A stretch of 64,000 bases of DNA, taken from the NCBI RefSeq assembly GCF_028641065.1, contig NC_073384.1:46004001-46068000 (forward strand). The letters are read 5' to 3'. The stretch's first letter is position 1; the number at the start of each line of letters is the position of its first letter. Shown piece by piece: positions 36,326 through 50,867 of this stretch. Made by a program: the position numbers and the translations under genes. This stretch comes from Leucoraja erinacea. Its lineage: Eukaryota. Under the pieces are notes generated by a model, which did no database searches, was not told the DNA's origin, and saw nothing but the letters and a program-made list of their open reading frames with translations.

Positions 36326-37559
36326 ACAGCAATTTGTATCGCCTTGTATGAGTATGTGAAGTGCTCTAAATGTGTGTATGGCTGCGTATAATAGTTAGGT
36401 TATGTCTGGCTTTATACTGATGTATGAGAGATCATGTTTACAAATTTGTATTAGTAGAGGTGAGAATCCAGTATAGGATTTTATTTGGGGGTTTGCCGAG
36501 GTGCATTTTGTGGTCAGATTTGCAAATGCCATTGAATTTGTGCAGTATCTTTCAATCTAAATGTATGACATTTCCTCCATATATAATGCATGCAATTATA
36601 TGAGTTTGTGATGTAGAAATTAGCATGTTCCTGTTTGTCCAGATTTCTATTGCTATATGTGGAAATAATAGGCTGATTTTTGGATTTGTGTGCCGTTGTT
36701 GCCATTTTGTGTTTCAATTATATTCATAAATGACAGTGGGGTCAAGGAAAGAGCGTTCACATCGCGGCCTTGTTTTCACCAATCTTTCCATCACCATGCA
36801 TAAGAAGCACAAGAAGCGCAAGACAGACACCATTGTGCAGATGCCAATAAGTGTGTGTGTGTTCAGCTCTGGCTAAACAACATAATCTTTTGTGTGGACT
36901 CGATAAGAAGATAAATAACAATCGATAAGTTTCTGTGGGAACATATGAACATAAAAATGCGCATATGGATTTATATTGGAGTTTCATTTTTGAGTCCATT
37001 TGCTGCATTACATATACATGTTTCTACATATATATTTATATCCTATAAAAGGCAGCACATGGGTTTTGATCATATATGAAACCAAATGTAGGTTTGTGAT
37101 CAGGTGTGAAATGTTATGTCTGAATTTAATACGAATAATTAAATTGTATGTATGATTTTATTACTTGTCATTCGTGGTCATTATGACATTGTATTGAAGA
37201 AATTGCAGACATATGTAAGATTATATTTATGAATTTATATTCATCCATGAGTTTTATTTGTAAGTATCTGAATGTGACCACTTGCATGGACATGTTGCTG
37301 TATGCAAAACAGATAGATATATGTCCGTTTATGTTGTGCTTATCAGTGTTGGTGTCTGAGTTTGTTTTGATATCTGAATGTGTTCAATTTTGGTTCAAAC
37401 ACGAATGTATTCAGACCCGTGAAGGTTTGGGGTTACTGTGGATGAGTTGTTGGTAGAGGTGTTAGATAGGATGCCTGGACTTTTATTGCAATCTGCAAAG
37501 AAGTTTGATTTTTGACTGTGCGTTGTGTGTGAGAGAGAGACACACACACACAAGGAGAG

Positions 37560-38000
37560 GAGGATTCTGATTGAGTTCTCCATCCGCAGACTAATCCGCC
37601 CGATTTGGCCCTCCGGCTTCACAATTAGCGGTCCTTCTGCTGCCCCCCCCCGCTGTGAAGGAGCGCTCGCCCCTTATGTCCGCGATGTTTCTCGGCACCA
37701 CCTACCGGGAATGAAGGGAACAATCAGGAAACAATTAAAGAAACTGAGTGATTCTGTAAATAATCTTTGACGTCTCAACAAAGACGCCATTGGATAAGAG
37801 TTTATTAGCAAGAAACCATTAAAACAGATGTCATGTTAGCTTTTCTTTAGGGTTTGGTGACACATCTCCAAGAATGAATTGCCGATTGTCTAGTACTCAG
37901 TTAGTAAACACCCGGCCCATTGTTCAACTTTAAGGGAGCTCACAACACAGAATGAGTTCCCTTGCACGCATTCCTAACCAGGCCGGGTGCACCAAATCTA
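37560..38000. promoter_or_regulatory. CpG-rich unique element with reverse-oriented CTCF-like site (37695-37708)
   Basis: Minus strand GATTGTTCC-cttca-TTC-CCGGTAGGTGGTGC; also TAATCC, AACAAT and ACAAAG motifs. Confidence 0.45.
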
Positions 38001-38689
38001 TAATCTGTTAATCCCAAAGCACATTGCTTCTGAGTCCGCACCATTTGTAACTAAATTGCTTCACAATGTTTAGAGAGAAACAAGAATAAATCATCGCCTG
38101 AAATTCCGATTAAGGTTGGGCCGTGTCCTGGAGTGGAGAATGGTTCCGATGAGCGTGTCTCTCGACCAAAACCAACCAGGAAACTCACCCGTGTCCCGTT
38201 TTACATGACCCTGGCCAAAGCAGGAAGTTAAACATCAGGAAACACGAATGGCAAACAGGGAAATGCAGGGAGAGAGAGAGAGAGAGACCGCGATCTCAGT
38301 TCACAGTAAAACGAAGGCAGGCGGGGGTTTCGGTCAAAATCGTGATAATTTGTATTAATTGCCATTTATGATTATGCAACTGCTTTCATTTGCCGCAAAT
38401 ATGTTTTAGTCGGCAATGAAAATATTACGATATAATATATAACATGATATAAATTAGCATTCAGAAGGAACCATATTATTTAATTTTCACGTAAATTGCT
38501 TTGCACCTATTTGCAATTTTCCAAGGAAATGTTATAGTATTGGAATAAATGTCAATCATAAAGCCGTGAGAAATATCCACACTTACATTAAAAAAACATT
38601 AGCGTTCCAGATTTTAACCCCAGTATGTGAACACCCTAGCAAATGATTATTTTCATCATCGATGATGAAAATGATCGATGTTGAAAATT

Positions 38690-39100
38690 AGCATTTTCTC
38701 GCTGTTACCATCGGACAGGAGGTACCGATGCTTGAAGTCCCCCACACCACCAGGGTCAGGAACAGCTACTTTCCTGCAACCACTTGGCTCTTTAACGACC
38801 TGCACAACCCGAATCATATCTTGGCAACGGTGCATAACAGACACCCCTTGCACTATCAGAGATTTGTTCTTCAATTGTGTTTTTGCACTATTGTCTCACC
38901 CCCCCCCCCCCCCCCCCCATCTGTTTATTTTCGCTGTCTTTGATAATTCATGTATAACTTACAAGTGTAAGTCCATGTGCCTGCGAGTACATGTAAAGTT
39001 GTGGACTTAGTCCATGTGCCTGCGTTGCTGCAACACGCAAGATTGTCATTGCACCTGTACTTTCACCGTACGTGTGCATATGACATGAAATACTTGACGA
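38690..39100 (+). mobile_element. Rex1/Babar LINE 3' fragment
   Basis: FSLLPSDRRYRCLK..TTRVRNSYFP motif. Confidence 0.7.
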
Positions 39101-42094
39101 TATATACCAGATATCATAATCACATGTCACATCTAACCACCGATAGTCTTTGATTAAAGCCCCTGGTATTTCTTAGTCGACAGGATACATTATAATTCAA
39201 AGCTTTTCACTGTACCTCGGTACACGTGATAATAAACTAAACTCATTGTGTTCTATTTCAGGCCAGAGGGTCGCCATGATATATCCCCTTTAGTCTTATT
39301 TATTTGGACTCTGAAAGGAAAAATAGCTGGACTTGATTCAGACATGACTCAATGATGATTCACTGATTCCATGTTACTTTATTGTACACACAGGTATCAC
39401 CACACATGTCTCAGACATGACAGGGGAGTGGTGTTACACAGAAAGGAGCCATATAAGTGTTCCCATAAAGAATACTCATTACATATAAGACAAGTGGAGA
39501 TTTTACTCCCGACACTCTAGATGGCTATAAAAAACGGAAGACTCTGGGGGAAAAAAGGCAAGGATAGTTAACTTGACACTTATGTGTTAAATGCACACTT
39601 ATGTACTCTCCGCGCGGAATACGCGAGGGTAACGAGGTTCGGCTTGTCAGAAAGGAGCTATACACGTGATTGACATAGTTACTTAAACAAAAATGACACA
39701 TTAATCAGGCCTGTTCCAGAAAAGGCGAGTCGTCAATATCGAAAGTTTACGACAGCTACCCATCCACCGCTTCCTTCAAATAGATAATAATCTATAATGC
39801 ATCCGCGGTGAATGTATTATTCGAGATAAGTTATTTTATTTGCTGTTGCGGAACAATACGGATGCATGCCGATCTGTCATCATGTTCATCGTTGTAATCT
39901 TAGTTTTGATTGAAGGGGCTTATTTGATAATAAGGGACATTTAGACGATGCAAAACTGGACCCAACGATGACATTCAGACGGATGTATGTATGTATGCAC
40001 AAGCACTCAAGAACAATCGGAGTAATCTCTCTCAAACCACGTATTATCCCACCCCAAGTGCACAGCGAATATTCCCAAATAAACGAGTGTCATTAGTATA
40101 GGTAGATTAAAAAAATTAAACGAGTTTGTAGTTTGCGAAATCACATGTCAATAGACAATAGACAATCGGTGCAGGAGTAGGCCATTCGGCCCTTCGAGCC
40201 AGCACCGCCATTCAATGTGAAAAAAGATCCTTCTTTGGATGTGTTAGGAAGGACAAATACCTGCGACGGAATGCAATTTAAATGAAGTACAGATTAAGTG
40301 CATAATCTTTGGCAATTTCGGAGCCACATTAACTGCGGGACTGTGCTCGCCTCGCTCCGTTCGCTCTTTCCTCTGAGATCGGAATAAACGCCTTTCGGTA
40401 GCGGATACCGTAAACACAGTTTTGTAAAGATGAATTCTCTTCATAGATTCAAGTATTCTCCCAAAAAACCCACACATACATAAATAGGTTAATACGTGGA
40501 CCCGAATGCAGATACAGGTATGCCAATATAAGGCTTAAGGGGCAGAACGTCTAATTAAAAGGTTATACCATGTGAGTGGTGAAAGGTAGCTTAAGCGAAG
40601 GGGTTTATAATTTATTTTATAATTTCGTGAAAAATCGAACGGTTAAGCGTTGCGTCAGATTGGATGTTCAGTGGGATCCCGGAAACTGAGGTTAGTAGCT
40701 GTCTGAGAGACACTAACCCGAATCTAAACAGACTTCGATTTCACACAAAGTGATCGGTTCAATGGGTGGCGGAAATGTAAAATGTACACATCTGGAAGTG
40801 CGAACAGGTTGGAATGGAATGTACATTGCCGTCAGTCTGCCTGCGCTGTAAAGTCTTTTATAATCAATATTGGACGTTGTGCGTCCACCGGACCTCCAGA
40901 GTAAGATAAGGGCAGATAACTAAAGCTTTCAACAATAAATACTGTCACTTAAACCCAAGCCGGAATCAACGCCGCGTTAAACTGTAGTCAGTTTCTCAGC
41001 TCCGCTGGTGATCTCACAGAGACTGCACCGTGTGACTGACATCCCCAGCGCTTCTCCAGGCCATGAAAACCGCCCGTCATTACATCACTTTAATTCCTAA
41101 TTTCTCACTTCTTGCTTGGTCTCATTGCCTGGGGGAAGGTTAATAGAGAAGGGATGGTCTCTGAAAGAGTTAATCCATCGACCTACTTAGGAGAGTGTTT
41201 ACATTTGGCGATTTATACACAACATGCCAATCTACATGTAAACACACAGACATACATGTATAATATTCACATAGGTAACGCACATGGACTTGATGCACAT
41301 ATAAATATTGAATAGACGCACTCACATATATAACATATATGACACGAGTACGATTATGTGTCATGCACAAATGTTATAGATAGTTATAGCTATACACAAT
41401 ATAAACAGCGAGCTTAGTTATAAAGCGCATTAAGTACAATTATGTTTCCATGTACACATATATTACTCAGATTTGCATATACGGTTAGATAGGGAATTAG
41501 TTCGCAAATCCCCAACAGGGAACGGTTTTAACTGACTTGTAAATAATGCGTCCAAGATACACTACACTGGCGTAAAGTACTCGCTTCGTTTGAAAAGTGG
41601 TATTAATGATCATCAAAATAGACACAAGGTCTGAGCTGTGAGGCTCTGGTGGTATTGTAGCGCCATCGTGTGGCCAGGCCAGCCACGAAGTAACTTCATC
41701 TCAATGGAGCCACAAGGAACTGCAGATGCTGGGAACGTGAGCAAAAAGCTGGCGGAACTCAGCAGGCCAAGCAGCATCTGTGGAGGGAATGGACAGACGA
41801 CGTTATTTGTTTCAGTCGGACCTGCTGCAGTTTGCGTCCCTCCAGCAGTTTGCTTATTGCCTTAATTTCCATTGTGTTCGTCCTCCTGAATCATTTTCCT
41901 GCGGCACTCAGACACGAATAAAAAGAAGACTAGATTACTTGAGAGGGGATTCTAAATATTTTCATCATATTTCTGAGTATAATAACATATTAAAATAATT
42001 GCAACGCGCAATTCGGTGGCATCTAAAGTTTGATAAATACTTTTTGGCATGCACATAAACAGCAGTTCACATAAACATGCCCGGGAGAATTTGA

Positions 42095-44040
42095 AGAGAG
42101 TCAAGAGACAAGAGTGTTTAATTGTCCGAAAGACCGAAAGTGGAACATCGGCGATCTTATTTGCAGTAGCAGAACAGGCAAGTGCATACAATACGCATTG
42201 ATAATATGTAATGATTAAAAAAAAAAACTGGTGCGGCAGCTTTTTCACACAAAGGGTGGTGGGTGTATGGAACGAGCTGCCAGAGGAGGTAGTTAAGGCT
42301 GGGACTATCCTACTGTTTAAGAGACATTTACACACTTACATGGATAGGACAGATTTAGATGGATGAGTGGGACTAGTTTACATGGGACATGTTGGTCGGT
42401 GTGGGCAAGTTGGGCTGAAGGGCCTGTTTCCACACCGCATCATTCTATGACTAAAAAGTTAAGAAGAAAATGCATGTAGATAAGTAGAGCAGATTTGAAG
42501 GAGGAGTGAAATGTAAAGGCAGAGACAAAGGTTTATGGGTGGAAAGGAACATAGAAAAGGAGGGGGGAGAGTGGGCTTGGGCAGATGGGTGAAGGGAAAA
42601 CAGACACAAAGTGCTGGAGTAACTCAGTGGGTCAGGCAGCATCTCTGGAGAAAAGGTATAGGTTATATTTCGGGTCTAGGCCCTTCTTCAGTAATATTCA
42701 TGATGTGACATGCATAAACATTCCTGAATGTTACCTAAACCATTGTGAGCTACTTTGATACGGTGCTTGCCCTCTCCTTTAACGTCTCTGCTGCCTTGGG
42801 TGATGCAGGACAGGACACAAGCTTTGGGACACGGTGTGAAGCTGTTGCCGTCTGTCCCAGCCTGGTAAAAACCTGGATAGAGTGGATGTGGAGAGGATGT
42901 TTCCACTAGTGGGAGAGTCTAGGACCAGTGGCCACAGCCTCAGAATTAAAAGACATTCCTGCCACAGACAGCTGTGGAGGTCAAGTCAATGGACATTTTT
43001 CAGGAGCAGATTGATAGATTCTTGATTGATACAGGTGTCAGAGGTAATGGGGAGAAGGCAGGAGAATGGGTTTGAGAGGGAAAGATAGATAGTCATATAG
43101 TAATACAGTGTGGAAACAGGCCCTTCGGCCCAGCATGTCCCATCTACACTAGTCCCATCTGCCCACGTTTGATCCAGATTCCTCCGAACCTGTCCTATCC
43201 ATGTACTGTTTCTTAAATGTTGTGATAGTCCCTGCCTCAACTACCTCCTCTGGCAGCTTGTTCCATACACCGACCACCCTTTGTGTGAAAAATATACCCC
43301 TCAGATTCCTATTAAATCTTTTGCCCTTCACCTTAAACTTATGTCCTCTGCTCCTCGATTCGCCTACTCTGGGAAAATAGACAACCATATCTATTCAAAT
43401 CATGATTTTATACACCTCTATTAGATCATCCCTCATCCTCCTGTGCTCCATGAAATAGAGTCCCAGCCTACTCAACCTCTCCCTATAGCTCTGGCCCTCT
43501 AGTCCTGGCAACATCCTCATAAATCTTCACTGTACCCTTTCCAGTTTGATGACATATTTCCTATAACATGGTGCCCAGAACTGAACACAATACTCTGAAT
43601 GCAGCCTCACCAACTTCTTATGCAACTGCAACATGACCTCCCAACCTCCATACTCAGCCTGACCCGCTGAGTTACTCCAGCACTCTGTGAAATGTCACAG
43701 AACAGGGCAAGATTAGCAAGTTTGCTGATGATACAGAAGTGAGTGGTTTTGCAGATAGTGAAGATGGTTGTGAAAGATTGCAGCAGGATCTGGATCAATT
43801 AGCCAGGTGGGCAGAGGAATGGTTGATGGTTGCATGGTTCCTTGAAGGTCGAGTCGCAGGTATATCAGGTGGTCAAAAAGTATTTTGGCACTTTGGCCTT
43901 CATCAGTCAGAGTATTGAGTATAGAAGTTGGGAGGTCATGTTGCAGTTGTATGAGACGTTGGTGAGACCGCATTTAGAATATTGTGTTCAGTTCTGGGCA
44001 CCATGTTATAGGAAAGATGCCAAATTGAAAAGAGTACAGA
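42095..44040. mobile_element. Cluster of CR1/HER1-like fragments in both orientations, plus a Penelope pLTR (minus, ~42600-42691)
   Basis: FFTQRVVGVWNKLPEEVVEAG (43149-43388, minus), [29 protein letters not shown] (43830-44040, plus); tttcgggtctaggcccttcttcag at ~42668-42691. Confidence 0.8.
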
Positions 44041-44041
44041 G

Positions 44042-45085
44042 AACCCCATCCTGGATCAGTCCAATCAGGGTTGTGTCATCTGCAAACTTGAGAAGCTTGA
44101 CAGAAGTGGAGGTGCAGTCATTGGTGTGGCGAGAGTAGAGGGGAGAGTACGCATCTTGCGGTGCTCCTATGCTGAGAGTTTGTGGGTCTGAGATATGCTT
44201 TCTCGCCTCACATGCTGCTTCCTGTCTGTCAGAAAGCTGGTGATGCATTGACAGAGGGGTTCAGGCACAGTCAACTCAGAAAGTTTGGAGCATAGTAGCT
44301 CTGGCACAATGGTGTTGAATGCAGAGCTAAAATCAACAAACAAAATCCTCGCACAGGTCCCCTGGCGGTCTAGGTGCTGGAGGATGAAGTGCAGACCCAG
44401 ATTGACTGCATCATCCACAGATCTATTGGCCCAATATGCAAAATGCAGAGGGTCCAGCAGGGGGATTGTGATATTTTTCAGCTTGGCCAGCACAAGCCTT
44501 TCAAGGGTCTTCATGACTACAGAGGTCAGTGCGACAGGCCTGTAGTCATTAAGACCAGTAATCCTTGCCTTTTTGGGTACAGGGACAATAGTGGAGACTT
44601 TGAAGCAGGCAGGGACAGTACATCTTTGCAGGGACTGGTTAAAAATGAGTAATTGGGTGTGACATGGTGATTGGAGTGGGGTGGGTGTAGAAGGGCCCAG
44701 TCTTTGCAGACTGAGGTCAGGCTGTGAGTGGGTGTGAAGTGTTGGTTGGGGTGGGAAAGGGTCCACTCTTTTCATACTGGAGTCTTGCCTTAAGTAGGTG
44801 AATGGGAAGGAGAGGGTGCAGGGTCCGTTCTTTGCAGACTGGGGTCTGGCTGTGTTTGTTGGGAGGGAGTTTCAGGGTTACGTTTCTGATTTTCAAACCT
44901 GCAGTAAAACTCATTCCGGTCGTTCGTCAGCTGACGAATGTCCAAAGAGCGGTGGGCTTTCCTCTTGTAGCTGGTGATTTCTTGCATGCCCTTCCAAACT
45001 GAAAATGAATCACCAGCTGAGAACTTGCTCCTCAACTTCTCAGCGTACATTTCCTTGGCAGCTCTGATTCTTCTTCTCAGCTCTT
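44042..45085 (-). mobile_element. Rex1/Babar LINE reverse-transcriptase fragment
   Basis: [48 protein letters not shown] and KFADDTTLIG; frameshifted. Confidence 0.9.
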
Positions 45086-45328
45086 TAGGCTATCTTTTAA
45101 CTCAGCTGATTGCTCTCCGATTTTTTTTAAAAAATCGTTTTTTTTCTTACTCCGGGAAAAAAAGGGGGGGGGGGGGGCACGGTCGCACCCAACGCACTGC
45201 CCCTACAGACGGCCATGGGGGAGGGTTTGGGAGGGTGGTACAATTATTATTTTTTGTTGTTGCTCAACCTCCAAAAACTGGGGGATAATACAGGCTATCC
45301 CCCAACTCAAAAAGTGGGGAAACATACC

Positions 45329-45467
45329 NNNNNNNNNNNNNNNNNNNNNNNNNNNNNNNNNNNNNNNNNNNNNNNNNNNNNNNNNNNNNNNNNNNNNNNN
45401 NNNNNNNNNNNNNNNNNNNNNNNNNNNNNNNNNNNNNNNNNNNNNNNNNNNNNNNNNNNNNNNNNNN
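45329..45467. other. Assembly gap (N run)
   Basis: Run of N. Confidence 1.
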
Positions 45468-45944
45468 TCTCGGAACCGACTCTCTCTCTCTCTCTCTCGG
45501 AGCCGACTCTCCCTCCCTCTCGGGCCGACTCTCCCTCCCTTCCCGTCGGCAACTAATCACAGCGCTTCATTCACTGCCCCATATCTCGACTGTGAACCGC
45601 ACTGTGTTTGGGCATTGAGCGGAGGGAAGGGAGGTTTCACGGAGGCAGTCGGTTTCCGCCACGGCTGGTTGCGGTTTTGCCGCGCACACTGTGCGCTTGT
45701 TCTGAGATTCTGGATGTCGGAGGTCCCGCCACGGCCGGATAATTTTGGTTATTGACTGAGTGGAGGGGCTTTGCCCGCGGCCCATGTATCTTATAGACAA
45801 CATATTAGACAACATATATGTGTTTCTTCATTCTTCCAGGGTCTTATCCTGAGAATTCTCTTCCTCACAGCGTTGCTTTGGGTCCATATAAGTGCTGATC
45901 TGGTTAAATAGAGGCACTATACCACCACCTTCCCATGTTGTACA

Positions 45945-46440
45945 GGTAGGTGCACTATAGAAACCTTACTGTCGGGTTGCTGGTTTGCGAACAGCTCTGG
46001 CCATGACCACAAGAAATTGCAGCGAGTTGTGGGTGCAGCCCAGTCCATCACACATCCCATACTCCCCACCATTGACTCCATCTACACTTTATGCTGCTTC
46101 AGAAAAGGAGCCAACGTCCCAACCCAGTCATTCCTTGCTCCAGTCAGGCAGAAAATACAGAAGCTTGAAAGTGCGCACCACCAGACTCAGGAACAGCTTC
46201 TTCCCCTTCTGGTATCAGGCTTCTGCAACGTCCTCCCTTAGGCCAGGGTACTGGCCAATTCCACCTATTGTGGGCCATTAAACTTTGCCTCTGGAACTGT
46301 CATGCCATAATGCTGAGAACTATATCCTGCATTCCCTTCACTCTACATGTGTTGGCTTGATTGTATTTACATATAATATCTCCATTGATTGGATAGCTTT
46401 TCAGTTCCCATTGGTACACGTGACGGTAATTAATCAATAC
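45945..46440 (+). mobile_element. Rex1/Babar LINE 3' fragment
   Basis: LQRVVGAAQSIT..SGRKYRSLKVRTTRLRNSFFP. Confidence 0.8.
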
Positions 46441-48322
46441 CAATTAAAGATGGGCAATAAATATTATCTTGTGAAGTAACGTCATACCCCCATCAATGAA
46501 TGTAAATATATTTGAAGATACAAGAATATCCGGAAGTTACCTATCAGTTGTGTTTTTCAGGTGTGGGTGTCAGGACATTTATGGCAGCAGGGTGGGTTAT
46601 ATTAATAATTACATTTATTATACTTTAATGATTCATCAGGCTTCAATTATCTCCATCAACGTAACTGAGACACATATCACTGTCTAATGTCACTTGCTAC
46701 AAAAATACAGTCAAGTTTCCATCTTTACATCTTCATACCACATGTTGCAGCATTTTATTAACATAAGAAATTAATAAATGTATGATTAGATTTTGACAGT
46801 AATGACATACATTTAAATTTGGATTACTGGAGAATTTGCCCAAAATCTTCCCACATACAGGATCGATTGACAGCACAAAACTTCAAGGCAGTTGCTGCGT
46901 CAGAAAGTCTAGGCTGGTATTGCCCTTAAAATCTATTTTATAATCACTTCAAAGTGAGTCATAGAGTAATGCAGCACAGAAACAGGTCTTTCAACCCAAC
47001 TTGCCTATGCCGACCAAGGTGCCCCATCTACACTGTCCCTCCGGCCTGTGTTTGGTCCATATCCATCTAAACCTTTACTATCCATGTACCTTTCTAAATG
47101 TCTTTTAAATGACAAAAATATTTGAATCATGACTTTTAATTTTTAAGCAAAGTTGAGTAAGTACAATTAATGTGCACTGATTCTGTGCCCATTGTGAAAG
47201 GGGGAATCACCCAAAGGCAGAGTTGCACTCTCCAGGGTAATGGGCAATTCATATCTCCAACTTAATGGTACAGTTAGATGCATCCAAGCCTTGATACCAG
47301 AGATTGCACAGGTGTACAATAGTACTGGAGAGGTCACACCCCACCTTGGGACAGGAGCATGCACTCCCAAACTTTTGCACAGGAGATTTTGTACGTGCCA
47401 ACTAGTACAAGAGAATTGTCATCATGCTCTTAATATATAATATCAAGTGCATAGCAGACATTAGCACACATGGATGTCTTTCCATCCTGTTTGGACGAAG
47501 GTGCACCCCTGGTCTATGGTACAGGATGATCGATGTAATATATTTATGGGTGCAATTTGGATGATGCTGTGCTGTATCACAATAATATATGCAGAGGACC
47601 ATGGGCTTTAATTCTTGTCTAATGACAAGACAAACGGACATGTGGTGCTTATATCATACATTAGATTACATCATATTACAGTCTATAACTAAATGATTTA
47701 CTTCAATATTACACAGAAACACAGTTCATTTCTTTCCCTCTTAGAAAACCAACATGTGAACACTCTTTATTCAGATGCAGCTTGTTTAGCGTCCTTTTTT
47801 GGTTCTGTCTCAGCTATGTGCTTGACTCTGATATTGTATTAGTTCCTTGAATTGGAAACATGTGACCTCTTGGCTTAACTCACTGCCATTCTTTGTGTTC
47901 TCAACTGTGGCCAATTCTATGTCACTGTCAGGAATGGATTAAATGTCACACATCACTTCAATACCTTCAGGCATGCCTCTTGCTGCCATCATCTGATCAA
48001 GGGACACTGACCTGGTCAAATTCAATAAGTTCCTGTTAATGAATCTCATACTTCCTCATAGCTCTGATGACTCCAACCTTTTCACAATTGAAATAGTTTT
48101 TCTTTGTTTCCAAGCATTGCCTATTTGCTTCACTTAACTCTCCCCTTTACATTCGGCATGCTTTCATTTCACTCCAACCATTGAGAAGAAGGTAGAGGAG
48201 TCATAGAATAATAGTCATACAGTGTAGACAGGCCTAACTTGCCCTCACCGACCAACATGTCCCATCTATACTAGTCCCACCTGCCTGCCCATATCCCTCT
48301 AAACCTGTCCTATCCATGTAAA

Positions 48323-50867
48323 ATGTTCATGAGGGAATGTTCTATGTTTTGTCTCACAGAGACATGGCTCACCCCCAGCTCCCCAGACCCAACCGTTAAT
48401 CCTGAAGGTTTCTCCATGCATCGTATGGACCGTACGCAGACATCTGGGAAAGGGAGAGGAGGGCGTGTCTGCCTCATGGTCAACTCTTCGTGGTGCTCAG
48501 ACGTGGCAGATCTGTCTAACCCCTGCTCTCTGCACCTGGAACATCTGTCGGTGAAGTGCCGCCCCTTCTACCTACCGAGGGAATTCATCCCCATCACCCT
48601 GTCTACATCCCACCCTAGGAAGACGTCCGTCTGGCACTGGAGGAGCTGCACGTCGCGGTCAACGAGCACCAGACAGCCTACCCTGAGGCGTTTACTACCA
48701 TAGCCGGGGACTTCAACAAAGCTAACCTGAAAAAAATCACTCCCAAACTACCATCAACATGCCTCCTGCAGCACCAGAGGATTAAACACCCTTGACCACT
48801 TCTATACGACCATCAAGGATGCCTATTGCTCTATCCCTCGCCCTCACTTCAGGAAATCCAACCATTCAGCGGTGCTGCTTCATCCTGTATACAGGCAGCA
48901 ACTGAAGAACGCACCCCCAGAAGTGACGACTGCACAGAGCTGGTCAGGGAGGCAGAGGAACAACTACAGGACTGCTTGAAGGCAGTAGACTGGGCAATGT
49001 TCAAGGACTCGGCAAAGGACCTGAATGAATATGCCACAGTGACTACAGAATACATAAGGAAATGTGTGGTGGACTGTGTTCCTACAAAAACCTTCCGAGT
49101 GTTTCCTAACCAGAAGCCTAGGATGTACCAGGAAATCAGCATTCTTCTGAAGTCCAGATGGTGTTGGAGAGGGTGGTGTTATGTGTAACATAGTTGTTTG
49201 TAATTTAATGTCTGAATAGTTTGGTGATTCCATAATATGGTGGTAGGTATGTCACCACCTTTTTTGGTTTTTTTTGGCTTTGAAATTTAAATAAATTATT
49301 TTTTGATACAAAAAAAAAGCTGGTTACCATGTTCACGGAACTGGGTCTATGCGCATCTCTCTGCAATTGGATTGTTGACTTCCTCATCTACAGACCACAG
49401 TCTGTTCGAATTGGCTGAAATACTTCATCCTCAGTAACAATCAATACGGGTGCATCTCAAGGCTGCGTGCTCAGCCCCCTGTTCTACTCACTCTATACTC
49501 ATGACTGTGTAGCCGGACACACTGCGAACTCCATCTTCAAGTTCGCCGATGACACCACTATCAGAACTGAACAAGGAGGAGGACACAAATGCAGGCTCAG
49601 ACACAGGGCAGATCAGTCTTCAAAGTTTAATCGGTCCAAGTCAGTACATGGGTAAGCAAAACAGAAGCAACAGTACAATCAAGTATCATACACAACGAAC
49701 TGGCAATGAGCACTAAAACACCAAGGGCTTAAATACAGACTAGCAGGGGATAACGAGACACAGGTGAAACACATCAGGGCGGGGCCAATAATCACATGAG
49801 GGTAAACGACCTGATAGGAAATGGGACCTGAAACAAGAGGAGATGTGAAACACCAAAATAAAACAAGAATGCACACTCTAATACTAAAAAACAATAAGAA
49901 CCAGAAACTAGATCAAACCCGAGACCTGACAACCACTGTTGTGGGACGAATTACAGATGGTGATGAGTCAGAGTGTAGAAGTGAGATTGGCCGATTGACC
50001 AAATGGTGCCAGCACAACAATCTGGCTGTCAATATCAGTAAAACCAAAGAACTGATTGTGGACTTTGGAAGAGGAAGGATGAGGACCCACAATCCTGTTT
50101 ATATCAATGGGACGATGGTGGAGAGAGTCAAAAACTTCAAATTCCTGGGCGTGCATATATCCAAAGATTTTTTCTAGACCCAGCACACTGATGCAATTAT
50201 AAAGAAAGCAAATCAGCACATCTACGCCCTGAGAAGATTACAGAGATTTGGTATGTCAAAGAGGATTCTTTTGAACTTCTACAGGTGCACAGTAGAGAGC
50301 ATATTCACTAGTTGCATCATGGCCTGGTTTGGCAACTTGAACATCTAGGAGCGGAAAAGAATGGAAAAAGTTGTGACCACTGCCCAGTCCATCACTGGCT
50401 CTCACCATCCCACCATCGAAGGGATTTATCAGAGTCGCTGCCTCAAAAAGGCAGCCAATGTCATCAGACCCACACCATCCAGGCCTCACACTCATCTCAC
50501 CACTGATATCAAGAAGAAGGTACAGGAGCCTGAAAGCTGTAACAACCAGGTTCAGGAACAGCCTCTTCCCTACAGCCATCAGGCTACTAAACACTACAAC
50601 CTCATATAAACTCTGAACTACAATAGACTATTATTATTATTATTATTGCACTATTATTGTTTGTTTTCGAGTATGTGTGTATGTATGTATATATATATGA
50701 ATATATATGAGTATGTGTATATATACACACTGAAGTTTTATTTATTTCTCTCGTTTATCATATTATTTACAGTGTACTATGTTTACATATTCTGTTGTGC
50801 TGCAGCAAGTAAGAATTTCATTGTTCTATCTGGGATACATGACAAGAAAACACTCTTGACTCTTGAC
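48323..50867 (+). mobile_element. Rex1/Babar LINE, internally deleted (APE and RT remnants, 3'UTR)
   Basis: APE CLTETWLT..DRTQTSGKGRGGRVC..CRPFYLPREF; RT QGCVLSPLFYSLYTHDC..KFADDTT|VVG..WCQHNNLAVNISKTKELIVDF..FKFLGVHI; (CTTGA)n tail. Confidence 0.9.
49559..49931 (-). mobile_element. Solo LTR (Gypsy-like), 373 bp
   Basis: Termini TATCAG...CTGACA (TGTCAG/CTGACA type) with 5-bp target-site duplication ACCAC (49554-58, 49932-36). TATTTAAG and ATTAAA on the minus strand. Confidence 0.8.

Noticed and set aside
8181-36736. Identical 15-mer ATTCATAAATGACAG at 8181 and 36722
   Set aside because: About one or a few 15-mer matches are expected by chance in 64 kb of AT-rich DNA, and the flanks do not extend.
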